Assembly (NCBI RefSeq): GCF_004010195.1
Contig: NC_057711.1
Coordinates: forward strand, 75,940,208 to 76,004,207
Reading direction: 5' to 3'
DNA from: Chiloscyllium plagiosum
Lineage: Eukaryota
Length of the DNA: 64,000 bases
Under the pieces are notes generated by a model. The model was not told where the DNA came from and ran no database searches. It saw only the letters and a program-made list of their open reading frames with translations. Below, in pieces: positions 37,844 through 50,119 of this stretch (within the stretch, counting starts at the first letter, position 1; each line of letters starts with the position of its first letter). The position numbers were made by a program, and so were the translations under genes.

Positions 37844-38544
37844 TTGCTGCTTTTCAATTGACAAACATTTGGAGATACTTTCCCAAATAAGAACAATCTT
37901 TTTCCTTCCACAGTTAAATGCCAATGATATTCAGATCCACATTCAAAATCTGATGGCTACGCTATCAGAACTTGTTTTGAGAGCCCAGTCTCAAGCAATA
38001 TCCTGTAAAATGAATTCACAAAAGTGAAATCACTGTCAGTCCAGAATACAAATTGAGAAAAGACAAACATTTGTCTTGGTTTCAGTTCCGGATTCATTCC
38101 TCCCATCCACCAAACAGGTCATACTCCCCACCTGTGTCCCCCATCCCTACGTCACCACTTTGCTGCTCTCCCCACTCCAACCAACTCCCACCTGCCCTTT
38201 GTCTGTAACTCCTCGTACCCCTATGCCCAGTCCTGAACAAAGGTTATACCTGGTTTGCTGTGTTCTTCCAGCCTCCTGTTTGTCTAAATTGGATTCCAGC
38301 ATTTCCAATCCAGTTTTCTTTGTCTCTAACCCAATAAAGATAGTAACCTGGGACCTATCGCCATCTGAGGCCCACAGCCGTTTCTCCATTTGCTCCAAAC
38401 GAGTCACCAAGAGTTTCTAATTCAGGTCAAGCGCCAACACTGGATATTCAAAACATGTCCTAATCCAGATTGACTCCATTTTTCAGCTGATTCTTTCCAC
38501 CTTTCCTGGCTCCTCCTCGCGCGCCAGTCCAGGCACCAGTCAAA

Positions 38545-40815
38545 CTTGACCTACTTTTGGGAAGTAAGCCAGGGCAGGTGAATAAGGTGTCAGTGGGGAG
38601 CACTTAAGTGCCAGCAACCATAATTATATTAGTTTTAAAATAGTGATGAAAAAGGTTAGACAGGATCTAAAAGTTGAAGTTCTAAATTGGAGGAAGGCCA
38701 ATTTTGACAGTATTAGGCAAGAACTTTCAAAAGTTGACTGGGGGTGTCACATGTTTGCAAGTGAAGGGACAGCTGATAAATGGAAAGCCTTCAAAAATAA
38801 GATAACAGGAGTGCAGAGAAAGTATATTCCTGTTTGGGTGAAAGGAAAGGGTGGTAGGTATAGTGAATGCTGGATGACTAGAGAAATTGAGGTTTTGGTT
38901 AAGAGAAAGAAGGAAGCATATGTAAGATATAGACAGCAGAGATCGAGTGAATCCTTAAAAATATAAAGGCAGTAGGGCTATACTTGAGGGAAATCAGGAG
39001 GGCAAAAGAAATTAAAGAGAATCCAAAGGGATTTTATGAATACATTAAGGACAAAAGGGTAACTCAGGAGAGAATAGAGCCCTTCAAAGATCAGCAAGGC
39101 AGCCTACGTATGGAACCGCAGGAGATGGGGAGATACTAAAATATTTTGCATTAATGTTTTATTGTGGAGAAGGAAATGGAAAATACAGAATGTGGGGAAA
39201 TAGATGGTGACATCTTGAAAAATGTCCATATTACAGAGGAGGAGGTGTTGGATGTCTTAAAATGTATAAAGGTGGATAAATCCCCAGGACCTGATCAGGT
39301 GTACCGTAGAACACTGTGGAAAGTTAAGGGAAGTGATTGCTGGGCCTCTTGCTGAGATACTTGTATCATTGATATTCACAGGGAGGAGCCAGAAGACTGG
39401 AGGTTGGCTAACATGGTGCCACTATTTAAGAGAGGTGGTAAGGAAAAGCCAGGGAACAATATACAGGGTGAGCCTGACATTATTAGAGGGCAAGTTGTTG
39501 GAGGAAATCCTGAGGGACAGGATTTACATGTATTTAGAAAGGCAAGGACTGATTAGGGATAGTCAACATGGCTTTGTGCGTAGAAAATCATGTCTCACGA
39601 AAATGATTGAGTTTTTTGAAGAAGTAACGAAGACAATTGAGGCGGATGTGATCTATTTGGACTTTAGTAAGTCATTCAACAAAGTTCCTCATGGTAGACT
39701 GGTTAGCAAGTTTAGATCATATGAATTACAGGGTAGAACTAGCCATTTGGATATAGAACTGACTTGAAAGTAGAAGACAGAGTTTCGGTGGAGAGTTGCT
39801 TTTCAGACTTCAGGCCTGTGAGCATTGGTGTGCTGCAAAGATTGGTGCAGGGTCTACTGCTTTTCATCATTTGTATAAATGATTTTGATGTGAACATAGG
39901 TATAGTTAGTAAGTTTGCAGATGACATCAAAATTAGGGGTGTAGTAGATAACGAAGAAGGTTACCTTAGAGTACAATGGGATCTTGATCTGATGGGCCAA
40001 TGGGCCGAAGAGTGGCAGATAAAGTTTAATTTAGATAAATGTGAAGTGTTGAATTTTGGAAAGGCATATCAGAGCAGGACTTATACATTTCATGGTAATG
40101 TCCTGGGGAGTGTTGCTGAACAAAGAGACCTTGGAATGCAGATTCATAGTTTCTTGAAAGTGGAGTAACAGGTAGATGGGATGGTAAAGAAGGCGTTTCA
40201 TATACTTTATTGGACAGACCACTGAGTACAGGAGCTGGGAGGTCATGTTATGGTTGGACAGTATATTGGTTAGGCCACTTTTGGAATATTGTGTGCAATT
40301 CTGGTCTCCCTCCTTTATGGAGGATTTTGTGAACCTTGACATGGCTGAGAAAAGATTCACAAGGTCATTGCCAGGGTTGGAGGGTTTGAGCTATAGGGAG
40401 AGGCTGAATAGGCTGGGACTGTTTTCCCTGGAGCATCAGTGGCTGAAGGGTTATCTTTATCGAGGTTTATAAAATCATGAGGGGCATGTATCGGATAAAT
40501 AGACAGGGTCTTTTCCCTGGGGCGTGGGGAAATCCAGAACTACAGGGCAGAGGTTTAAGGTGAGAGTGAAAAGATTTAAAAGGGACCTGAGAGGCAACTT
40601 TTTCACACAGAGGGTGGTACGTGTATGGAATGAGCTTCCAAAGGAAGAAGTAGAGGCTGAAACAATTACAACATTTAAAAGGCATCCGGATAGGTATATG
40701 AATAGGGAGGGTTTAGAGGGATATGGCCCAAGTGCTGGCAAATGGGACTAGATATCTGGTCGGCATAGACAATTTGGACTAAAGGGTCTGTTTCTATGCT
40801 GTGTATCTCTATGAC
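38545..40815 (+). mobile_element. CR1 LINE, most of ORF2 (end of APE, RT, C-terminus, 3' tail), frameshifted
   Basis: LNWRKANFD, VDKSPGPDQVY, SQHGFVRRKSCLT, DVIYLDFSKSFNKVPHGRL, KFADD, FNLDKCEV, LVRPLLEYCVQFWSP, GNFFTQRVVRVWNELP; CTCTATGACTC tail. Confidence 0.95.
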
Positions 40816-40834
40816 TCACAGCTGGTGTTTTGTG

Positions 40835-41035
40835 AATAGTCATAGAGTCATAGAGATACACAGCATAGAAACAGACCCTTCGGTCCAACTCATCCATGCT
40901 GACCTGATATCCTAAATTAATATAGTCCCATTTGCCAGCATTTGGCTTGTATTCTTCTAAACACTTCCTATTCATATGCCCATCCAGACACTGTTAAATG
41001 TTGTAATTGTTTCAGCTTGCTCCACCTCTTCTGGT
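40835..41035 (-). mobile_element. CR1 3' end, tail-to-tail with the preceding copy
   Basis: GTCATAGAGTCATAGAGATACACAGCATAGAAACAGACCC.. is the reverse complement of the preceding tail. Confidence 0.85.
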
Positions 41036-43440
41036 AGTCAGAGATGTTGCCTAACCAGTGTCTTGTCAAGGTCCATTATTATATTCCTGCTGTGTAGGCA
41101 ATACTCCCCTATGAAGGAAAGCATCCTACGTAACTTCAGTACTAATTTTCCAATCATATCCCCCACATCAAAGCATAAGTAATTAATATCTACTACAAAC
41201 AGCAAAGCACTCACTACTGAACCCTCACTGGAACCGCTTTCCATTGACAAGTGGGACCTTGTCAAAAGCCTTGCTAACATCCATGTAGACAACATCCACT
41301 GCACTATTGTCATCAAGCTGCTTTGATATTTTCTCAAAAAATGAATTTAAGTTGTAAAACACGGTCTTCCCTTAACAAAACCACGCTGACCGTCTCTAAT
41401 AAACCCACATTTCTCCAAGTAACAGATAATCCTACCTATCCATATTGATTCTAGTAAGTTGTTCACCACCAAGGTCAGATTGACTGGCTGACATTTATTT
41501 GACCTCTCTCATAACATTTTGAATTATGTTACCATGTTTGCAAACTTCCAGTTCTCCAGTGACTTGCCCACCTCTGACAATTAACATATGACCCTCAGTG
41601 TCCCTGGCTTTGTTTTCCTTTTATACATTGTTTGACCCTGATGATTTATCCACCATCAGGGGTCAGTTCCTCCAAAACTGCCCTTTTCTTTCTGCTTATT
41701 GTACCCAAAGTTTCACATGCCTCTTTAATTAGATGTCTGCATCATTGCTCTCTTTTGTGAAGGCAGACTTTTTTTTATTATGAGCTCTAACCAAATCTGC
41801 ATCCATGCACAAGTTAACATTTACATCTGACCGGCCCAACTCTTTCCTGACTTATCCTCTTTGTTTTAATGTACCGATTAAAATATCTTTGGATTCTTTT
41901 CAATAAAAATGGCCAGATTTTATTTATATTTATTTTCCTAATTTCTCACTTCAACCCTGTATTTTCATTCCTCCTCTAAGCTTTCTAAAATATGAGATTG
42001 TTAAAAGCTCTATTTTTGTGCTTCATCTTAGCCTGGGTATCCAGGGGAGTCGAGAATTTGCAGTGTCACCCTTTTCCTTTGTGGAGTCATACCTACACTG
42101 GGACAGTGCAATCTAATTTCTGAATGCCTTCTACTGATTTGACATTCTTTCCTACAAGTAGTAACTAGTCCACTTTTTGTCTGCTAGTGTCTCAACTTTA
42201 TGAAGTTTGTTTCCCTTCAATTTAGAACTTTTACTCCTATCTTTATACCTTTCCAAAATGTTGCTAAATCTAACTGTATCATGATTACTGTTCCAAAGTG
42301 ATCAGCCATTGCTGTTTCAACCACTTTCCCAGCTTAATTTCCTATGCACAAATTGAGAATTATGCTACCCCTCATTGGTCTAGTTTCATACTGGCTAAAG
42401 AAGTTCTGTTAAATGCAGTTCATGAATTTAATGCCCTCTGTGCATTTAACACTTTGTATCCCAATCAATATTTAGGTAGTTAAAGTGTTTAATGTCTTAT
42501 TGTTACTGCCTTCTCAAATTTGCCCACATACTCTTGCCGCCTCAAATTCTCTACCACAATTTGGTGGTATTTTACACACATTCGCAGTGTAGTTGCCCTC
42601 TTCTTTCCTGAGCTCAACTTATGTGCTCATTTGATACTTCATTTAGCACATCATCACTCCTCCCAGCTGCAACTGATTCTTTTGTAAATCTGGACCCCGA
42701 GGAGGGGCCTCATGGTTCCACAATTGGTCAAATAAACACTAGCAGTTTGGTCTCTTTTAACAATTTATTACGACGCCGGGCATAGGTTATTCAGCAACAC
42801 AGGGCTTAAGTACCTCTGTGTACTGTGGAAAAGCTGTGCACAATCTTAAAACACAAACAACTTTTGTAGGTTTCTTAACAAACAGAACAGCCTTAATTGC
42901 AAAATTAATCCAGTAAAATGAAATGATATGACAAATAGACATAAAATTAAGCCAATGATATTTCCTGGGAACTGACTTGTTTTGCGCTTGTTTATCTCTG
43001 GGACACCTGCTTTCCAAGGTTAATTAGGATACTTTAATAATGTCATATTTTACTTGGTTAATTCATACTATAAACACGGCATTCTTTCAATTAGTTCAGG
43101 AATGCAGTTTTCAGCAGAGTTAGATGCAATTGCTCCCAGTAGCCATTTTGTTATGTTATTTTATGTTACTTGCATTAAGAAGTCATTTTGTAGTTAGCAA
43201 AAGCATGCATTAAATGGTTACTCCTGACAATAGCCTAAATCCAGATTTTAGATCCTCACTTTAACCAACAATATCAAAACATCACCTTTTTTTAATCCTC
43301 TTCTCCATTCATCCTGCAATCTTTATATCCCAGAATATTTAGCTATCATCCTTGCCTCTCTTTAAGTCAAATTTCCATTAGACACTTTGACAGTATGACA
43401 CCATACTTATTTTATTGACTATATCCCTTGCATTTTAAAC
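41036..43440 (-). mobile_element. Old CR1 (RT back to APE region) split by the solo LTR
   Basis: Minus-strand ..VDVVYMD..KAFDKVP.. remnants at ~41250-41300; CR1-like sequence resumes after 43262. Confidence 0.55.
42683..43258 (-). mobile_element. Solo LTR (576 bp) with 4-bp TSD
   Basis: TG...CA termini; CTTT at 42679-42682 and 43259-43262. Minus-strand AATAAA at 42764-42769, with TA-rich TACTTAAG about 35 nt upstream on that strand. Confidence 0.75.
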
Positions 43441-43470
43441 TATACCTTTCAAAACTGTCAATTTTGTTTT

Positions 43471-43657
43471 GTCAGAAGTCAGACAACACCAGGTTATAGT
43501 CCAATAGGTTTATTTGACATCACAACCTTTTGGAGTGCTTCTCCATCTCTTGAAGAGCAGTGCTCGAAAGCTTGTGATGTCAAATAAACCCGTTGGACTA
43601 GGACCTAATGTTGTGTGACTTATGACTGTTCATCCCAGTCCAACATCAGCACCTCTG
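43471..43657. mobile_element. Palindromic PLE-terminus derivative (family of 2790 and 37500)
   Basis: CACCAGGTTATAGTCCAATAGGTTTATTTGACATCACAA / TTGTGATGTCAAATAAACCCGTTGGACTAGGACCT arms; residual GAGCAGTGCTCGAAAGCTTGTG. Confidence 0.7.
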
Positions 43658-43684
43658 TAATTTCTTTTGTGCTGTACATTGAGT

Positions 43685-44730
43685 CATAGAATCATACAGC
43701 ACAGAAATGGACCCTGTGGCCCAACTTGTCCATACTGGGTTTCCTAAACTGAACTAGCCCACTTCCCAGCATTTGGATCACATCCCTCTCATCTATTCCT
43801 ATTGATGTACCTGTACAAATGTCTTTTTAATGCTGTATTTCTGCTCACCTCCACTACTTCCTCTAGCAGCTCATTCCATGTATGTCCCACCCTTTGTGTG
43901 AAAATGTGGCCTGTTAGGACCCTTTTAAATCTTTCCCTTCTCACCCTAAATCTATGGCCTCTCATTTTGGACTCCCCCATACTGGGAAAAAGACCTTGAG
44001 TATTCACCTTATCTATGCCCCCCGTGATTTAAAAGCCCTCAGCCCACTACGCTCCAGGGAAAAAATTCCCAGCCTCTCCAGACTCCTCTTACAAATCAAA
44101 CCCTCCAGTTACGGCAACATCCTTGTATTCAATCCTCTGATGGATGAAGAGAAACATGCCAAAAGCTGCCTTCATCACCCTGTCTACCGGCAACTCCACT
44201 TACATGGAACCATGCTCCTGCACACCGAGGTGTCTGAGTATAGGGGTTGGGATATCACGTTACAGCTGTACAAGACACTGATAAGGCCAGATTTGGAATA
44301 CTGCATACAATTCTGGCTGCCCTGCTTTAGGAAGAATGTTTAGGAAGAATAAGGATGTTACTGAAACTGGAAGGTTTAAGTATGGGAGGCTGAGGGTTGG
44401 CCTTATAGAGATTTCTAAAATTATGAGGGACATAGACAGGGTGAATAGCCATGGACTTTCTCCAGGGTAAGGGAGTTCAAAACTGGAGGGCAGTTTTAAA
44501 GCTGAGAGAGGAGAGGTTTGAGAGAGACCTGAGGGGCAAATGTTTCACATAGACGCTGATGCATATATGGAATGAGCTGCCTGAGGAAGTGGTAGACGCA
44601 AATACAATGTTGACACTTAAAAGACATTTGGAATGGGCTGAGGAGTGGCAGATGGAGTTTAATTTAGATAAATGGAAGGTGCTTCATTTTGGGAAAGCAA
44701 ATCTTAGCAGGACTTATACACTGAATGGTA
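43685..44730. mobile_element. Cluster of CR1 fragments in both orientations (minus ~43685-44230, plus ~44230-44730)
   Basis: GESKMRGHRFRVRRERFK (minus); LQLYKTLIRPDLEYCIQFW and EWQMEFNLDK (plus). Confidence 0.8.
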
Positions 44731-44731
44731 A

Positions 44732-44910
44732 GATTAGATTACATTACAGTGTAGAAACAGGCCCTTCGGCCCAACAAGTCCACACCGACCCACCACCCAC
44801 CCATACCACTACATTTACCCCTTACCTAACACTACGGGGAATTTAGCATGGCCAATTCACCTGACCTGCACATCTTTGGACTGTGGGAGGAAACCGGAGC
44901 ACCCGGAGGA
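44732..44910 (-). mobile_element. tRNA-SINE 3' part
   Basis: AGATTAGATTACATTACAGTGTAGAAACAGGCCCTTCGGCCCAAC...GGAAACCGGAGCACCCGG. Confidence 0.8.
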
Positions 44911-44974
44911 ACTGCTAGGCTACCGGACCAATGCCATCTGAGCAATCCATGCCTTATCCTTTTTATCCTTTTCA

Positions 44975-46125
44975 TAGAGTCATAGAGATGTACAGCATGG
45001 AAACACACCCTTTGGTCCAGCCCGTCCATGCCGACCAGATATCCCAATCCAATCTAGTCCCAGCTGCTAGCACCTGGCTCATATCCCGCCAAACCCTTCC
45101 TATTGCCTTTTAAATGTTGCAATTGTATCAGCCTCCACCACTTCCCCTGGCAGCTCATTCCATACATGTACCACCCTCTGCGTGAAAAGATTGCCCCACA
45201 GGTCTCTTTTATATCTTTCCCCTCTCACCCTGAACCTATGCCCTCTAGTTCTGGACTCCCCAAGCCCAGGGAAAAGACTTCATCTATTTATCCTATCCAT
45301 GCCCCTCATGATTTTATAAACCTCTATAAGTCACCCCTCTGCCTCCGACGCTCCAGAGGAAACAGCCTCAGCCTATTCAACCTCTCCGTATAGCTCAAAT
45401 CCTCCAACCCTGGCAACATCCTTGTAAATCTTTTCAGAACCCTTTTAAGTTTCACAACATCTTTCCGATAGGAAGAAGACCAGAATTGCACGCAATATTA
45501 CGAAAGTGGCCTAACCAATGTCCTGTACAGCTGCAACATGACCTCCCAAATCCTGTACTCAATACTATGACCGATAAAGGAAAGCATACCAACGCCTTCT
45601 TCACTATCATATTGACCTGCAACTCCATTTTCAAGGAGCTATGAACCTGCACTCCAAGGTCTCTTTATTCAGCAACACTCTCTAGGACCTTACCATTAAG
45701 TGTATAAGTCCTGCTAAGATTTGCTTTCCCGAAATGCAGCACCTCACAGTTACCTAAATTAAACTCCATCTGCCACTTCTCAGCCCATTGGCCCATCTGA
45801 TCAAGATCCCATTGTAATCTGAGGTAACCTCCTTCGCTGTCCACTATACTCCAATTTTGGTATCATCTGCAAACTTACTAACTGTACCTCTTATGCTCAT
45901 ATCCAAATCATTTATATAAATGATGAAAAGTTGTGGACCCAGCACCAATCCTTGTGGCACTCCACTGGTCACAGGCCTCCAGTCTGAAAAACAACCTTCC
46001 ACCACCATCTTCTACCTTTGAGCCAGTTCTGTATCCAAATGACTACTTCTCCTTGTATTCCATGAGATCTAACCTTGCTAACCAGTCTCCCATGGGGAAC
46101 CTTGTCGAATGCTTTACTGAAGTCA
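44975..46125 (-). mobile_element. Relatively young CR1 (RT C-terminal half to tail)
   Basis: Reverse complement closely parallels the CR1 at 39660-40815 (FSKAFDKVPHG, VSKFADD, QVHSSLK). Confidence 0.9.
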
Positions 46126-46189
46126 TTTTCAAGAACAAAGACCTATTATTCAAAAATGAATCCCGAAGTGAACTTCTGCAGAGAGAAAC

Positions 46190-46372
46190 TGGTTTCTGGA
46201 TGTAGGTTTGCTCACTGAGCTGGAAGGTTCATTTTCAGAAACTTCATTCGGAGGCTCACTGATGACCTTACCTAGTATGGTAATGAAACGTCTGAAAATG
46301 AACCTTCCAGGTCAGTGAGCAAACCTACATCTAGAACCTCAACCTGAGCTACAAATCTTCTCAAAACTCACT
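46190..46372. mobile_element. Palindromic derivative of the PLE family at 1-808, with hammerhead-like motif 46256-46295
   Basis: Arms GATGTAGGTTTGCTCACTGAGCTGGAAGGTTCATTTTCAGA / TCTGAAAATGAACCTTCCAGGTCAGTGAGCAAACCTACATC. Contains TCA-CTGATGA-CCTTACC-TAGTAT-GGTAAT-GAAA-C-GTC-TGA. The tail GAGCTACAAATCTTCTC is shared with 780-797. Confidence 0.75.
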
Positions 46373-47009
46373 AGAAATCTGTTTATTTTTACTCTTTAAC
46401 TATGTGTATGCGTGTCCAGATCCTTCATGATTTCGAAAACTTCCATCAAATCTCTCCTTAAGTTTCTCCTTTCCAAGGAAAATGATTCCAAATTTTCCAA
46501 TCTATCCTCATAACTGAAGTTTCTCAACCCTGTACTCTCTCCAATGTGTTCACATTTTTCTTATTGTGTTGCATCCAGAACCTAACACCTGAGGCCTAAC
46601 TTTCTGGTTTAACTTCAAAGGGATATGCATTTTAACTGCTTATCAGCACTTACAGCTAACTTTTCTGACCTTTGTAACTTGCTGTTGAATTGGCAGCTCC
46701 AGAGAGATGAAAAAAAGCAGAGCTGGGCTTTTAAAGAGCTCTTATACAACTGTGGCCTGTTTCGGACTGCAAGTAAATTACCCTAAATCCAAGCCAGCCC
46801 CATCCTTGGGAAATTTTTGACATTGGAAACAGAGGTGGGATGTCTGAACCCAATGTTGCTGCCATTTTCTAGACCACCCATCTCTATTCCAGCTTGATTT
46901 GAACCCCAAAGATCTGTCCCTCAGTTGTATTAGTGGTGAGTATTGCACCTTATACTCCAAAGCTCCACTCTGTACTGCACTACAGAGATGAAAGAATGAG
47001 GAGCTTGAC

Positions 47010-47300
47010 ATTGCTATCAGCAGAATCCTTAAGTCAGAACAACTTTATCTCCAGATTCATTTCAATGCAAATGTAACCATGGTCCATGAGGCATGGTCCT
47101 CCTGCCTCAGACATCGTGGCATCAAGATAAATGAGAATGGGCAGCGAATCTACTTTGCTGCTACCACTAGCTGTGTGTAACTAATGTCTTCTTCCTGAAT
47201 AAAACGTACCACATGGTGATCTGGAGACATCCGAGATCAGAGCACTGGCACAAACCTGATCTGATCATCACTAGATCTGGCTCTGTGAATAGTGTAGGCA
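47010..47300 (+). mobile_element. RTE-clade LINE endonuclease remnant
   Basis: FNAN..., NENGQR.., CVTNVFFLNKTYHMVIWRHPRSEHWHKPDLIITR (RTE APE motif WRHPRSxHWH.D). Confidence 0.7.
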
Positions 47301-47411
47301 GCTACCTACTCTGAAATGGAGTTTTAAAAATACTGTAAGTCACTCAAGGAAAACCATGCAAATAAAGGGATTTGCCAAATTTACCATTTTAACCAAGTAC
47401 AGAAGATACGT

Positions 47412-47717
47412 GGGCGGCACGGTGGCACAGTGGTTAGCACTGCTGCCTCACAGCTCCAGAGACCCGGGTTCAATTCCCACCTCAGGCGACTGACTCCCCG
47501 TGCATGTTCTCCCCGTGTCTGCGTGGGTTTCCTCTGGGTGCTCCGGTTTCCTCCCACAGTCCAAAGATGTGCAGGTCAGGTGAATTGGCCATGCTAAATT
47601 GCCTGTAGTGTTAGGTAAGGGGTAAATGTAGGGGTATGGGTGGGTTGCGCTTCGGCGGGTCGGTGTGGACTTGTTGGGCCGAAGGGCCTGTTTCCACACT
47701 GTAATGTAATCTGTAAT
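47412..47717 (+). mobile_element. Full-length tRNA-derived SINE (HE1-like)
   Basis: A box TGGCACAGTGG at 47423-47433, B box GGTTCAATTCC at 47467-47477, CR1-like tail GGGCCGAAGGGCCTGTTTCCACACTGTAATGTAATC. Confidence 0.92.
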
Positions 47718-49791
47718 ATAAATCCAATTTCTTTATTTTTGTTGAGATGACCATTGGCAGTGTATAAATTCAGCTTTGCACTCAATAAAGTGAGTATTAA
47801 TAGACTTTATTCATGCATATACAACGAATGGTGAGAACGGACAACTCTAGAACTCTACAGGCGCAGGTCCAATTCTCATGTGATCAGGTGTCATTATAAC
47901 CTAGCTCCTTATGCTAATACTCTTCATTCTTCTCACAGTAAGGGTGTAGATAACCTTGAGCTGCAGTCAGTGCGTGAGTGCACCAGGATGCCATTTGGGT
48001 CTGTCATGAAGTGAGTGTTTCAGAAGGTCTTGCCATCAGGGATGAAGGACCCTGTAGGAAGAGAAGGCCTGAACATCCCTTGTGGGACCAGGAGGCATAT
48101 TCTTTAAATACTAAGTTGACTACGAAAAGAATGACAAGCCATTGGGTGTGTCGCTTGGTGCCTGGATTCTACTAAGTGGGCAATGTTAGAATTGCCCCTT
48201 TGTGTTTTAAGATTTTCAAATCATGACAGTCCCTGTATGGATCTTAGATTTTTGAAGCTGAAAGTTGGAATGTCAAACTCAGTTGCAATAAGCATTTCAG
48301 TTCTGCAAATAGAACAATTGCATCTGTCCACATGGACGACTGTTTTGAGCAAGTCTGTATTCTCACCAGTAGATGGTGCATGTGCACTGGTTTTACAAGA
48401 AGCACAATTGTCTTTTATCACTAGTGTAAAGTAGCAAGAAGTAGCTTTTAGTTTTATTCTTTATTAACTGTAAACAGGTTTTGCGCTTTTATGTTCTCTT
48501 CTGCTGTTGAACAGGGAAGCAGTTCTTGAGCATTGGTAACCCCAGGCTATTTATTGGGGTTGTTCTCAAGTTGGGGTGGGTATTATCAGGGAGTTGTTGA
48601 GTATGAAATGTTGGATCTGGGGATTGGGATGACTCTAAATGTCCTGGGAAGGGATTGAGGGGACTCAGTGGTAAAGTGGAGGATCTGAACTTATTTAGCC
48701 AGGAATTAGAGTTGGTATAAATTCCTCTAATCTTTACTGGGTAACTATGAAGTTAATTCAGTCAGAGCTTTTTGGTGGGTTCTAGATGCAGGCTAATTAT
48801 CCATCAAAAGTCTCAATTTACTCAATAATCCAATGGAATCAGCTGCATCAGGGTTTCCACATGCAACTCCTGTCTATTCTGCTGCAACGACAACCTTCCC
48901 ATTGGAAGATCTAAATCAGTATTTTCTCCAGTAATCCAAACCTAACTGGGTGAGCAAAAATCCCAGCTGCCAAATAATTAGCCACAAATAAACAAGTCAC
49001 ATCTGTTTATTCAGTTTTTCTTATTGTTCCTTTTATATATTGCATTGTATCTGATATCTTACCATCTACTGTACTGCAGTTCTTTACTGGACCCTCATTG
49101 ATAATGTCACTGCAAATTCACTCAGGAGGAATTTTCCTGTTTGTCTGCCACAATGTCAACGCAAACCCTTTTCTCAGTATCCAGAATTCCTGCTGAACTT
49201 TCACCCCAAAGACAAAACTTCCTGGGGCAATAGCGAAAGAAAATTTCTGTCAAATATTTATATTATTTTCTAAAGTAGCTTTAATCAAGTTCAAAATAAA
49301 ACCTGGCTTTTCAGTGGAAAATTACTTTTAAACCATATTTCCGGTATTACTTTAAGTTGTACTTATCTTTTCCCAATGGATGCGAATTCAAATACAAAAA
49401 CAACCCTCAAAAATATTAACCGACATCAGTCATTGTGCTGCTTTTACTATAAAATGTAGTAAAAGATGGGACTGAGTGCTAAGTTGGCCAAGAATTTTTT
49501 TTTAAACTTAAGCTTCTGCCATTTTAATTCAACCCAAACAAGGTACTGCACGACATAATTCATTTTATATGAAGAGTTTTTTTTCCTGCAAGGTATTATA
49601 AAGGAGAACAGGGTAAAAGCAGTTTTCTGGTTAGACTCATAGGATCATTTCATCTTCTGTTTGCAATAGTCTGTAAATGAACTTTTAAAAAATCATGACT
49701 TATTTCTCATCAATTTGCACTCAGGACAATAACTCCTCTGCACAAATTAGTTAAAATAGCCATTAGCCAAAGTTCTTCTCTTAAGATGTTA

Positions 49792-49945
49792 TAGAGTCAT
49801 AGAGATGTACAGCATGGAAACAGACCCTTCGGTCCAAATCGTCCATGCCAACCAGATATCCCAACCCAATCTAGTCCCACCTGCCAGCATCCGGCCCATA
49901 TCGCTCCAAACCCTTCCTATTCATATACCCATCCAGGTGCCCTTT
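49792..49945 (-). mobile_element. CR1 3' tail
   Basis: TAGAGTCATAGAGATGTACAGCATGGAAACAGACCCTTCGGTCC... Confidence 0.85.
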
Positions 49946-50119
49946 GTGCTAAATTGTTTAGAAGAGTTTGCCTGATTCGATCACTGGGACAACATTTATA
50001 AAATGAAATCAGATGCTAAAATGGTGTTGTTAAAGTAATAATAGGATAAGATTTTAAAGAAGGCTTTAATTTGTTTTCCATTCTTGAGGTTCTTAGCTTC
50101 TTATGTGAATTGTTTATCC

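Noticed and set aside
47412..47485. tRNA-like sequence with A/B boxes
   Set aside because: SINE head, repeated at several places in the window and continuing into a SINE body; not a tRNA gene.
47761..47937. Possible short Gypsy solo LTR (TG...CA, AATAAA on both strands)
   Set aside because: Flanks (GCAG vs GTAA) do not form a TSD, so the boundaries cannot be supported.
48183..48434. Overlapping ORFs on both strands with Cys pairs
   Set aside because: No recognisable domain or convincing splice sites; likely chance.
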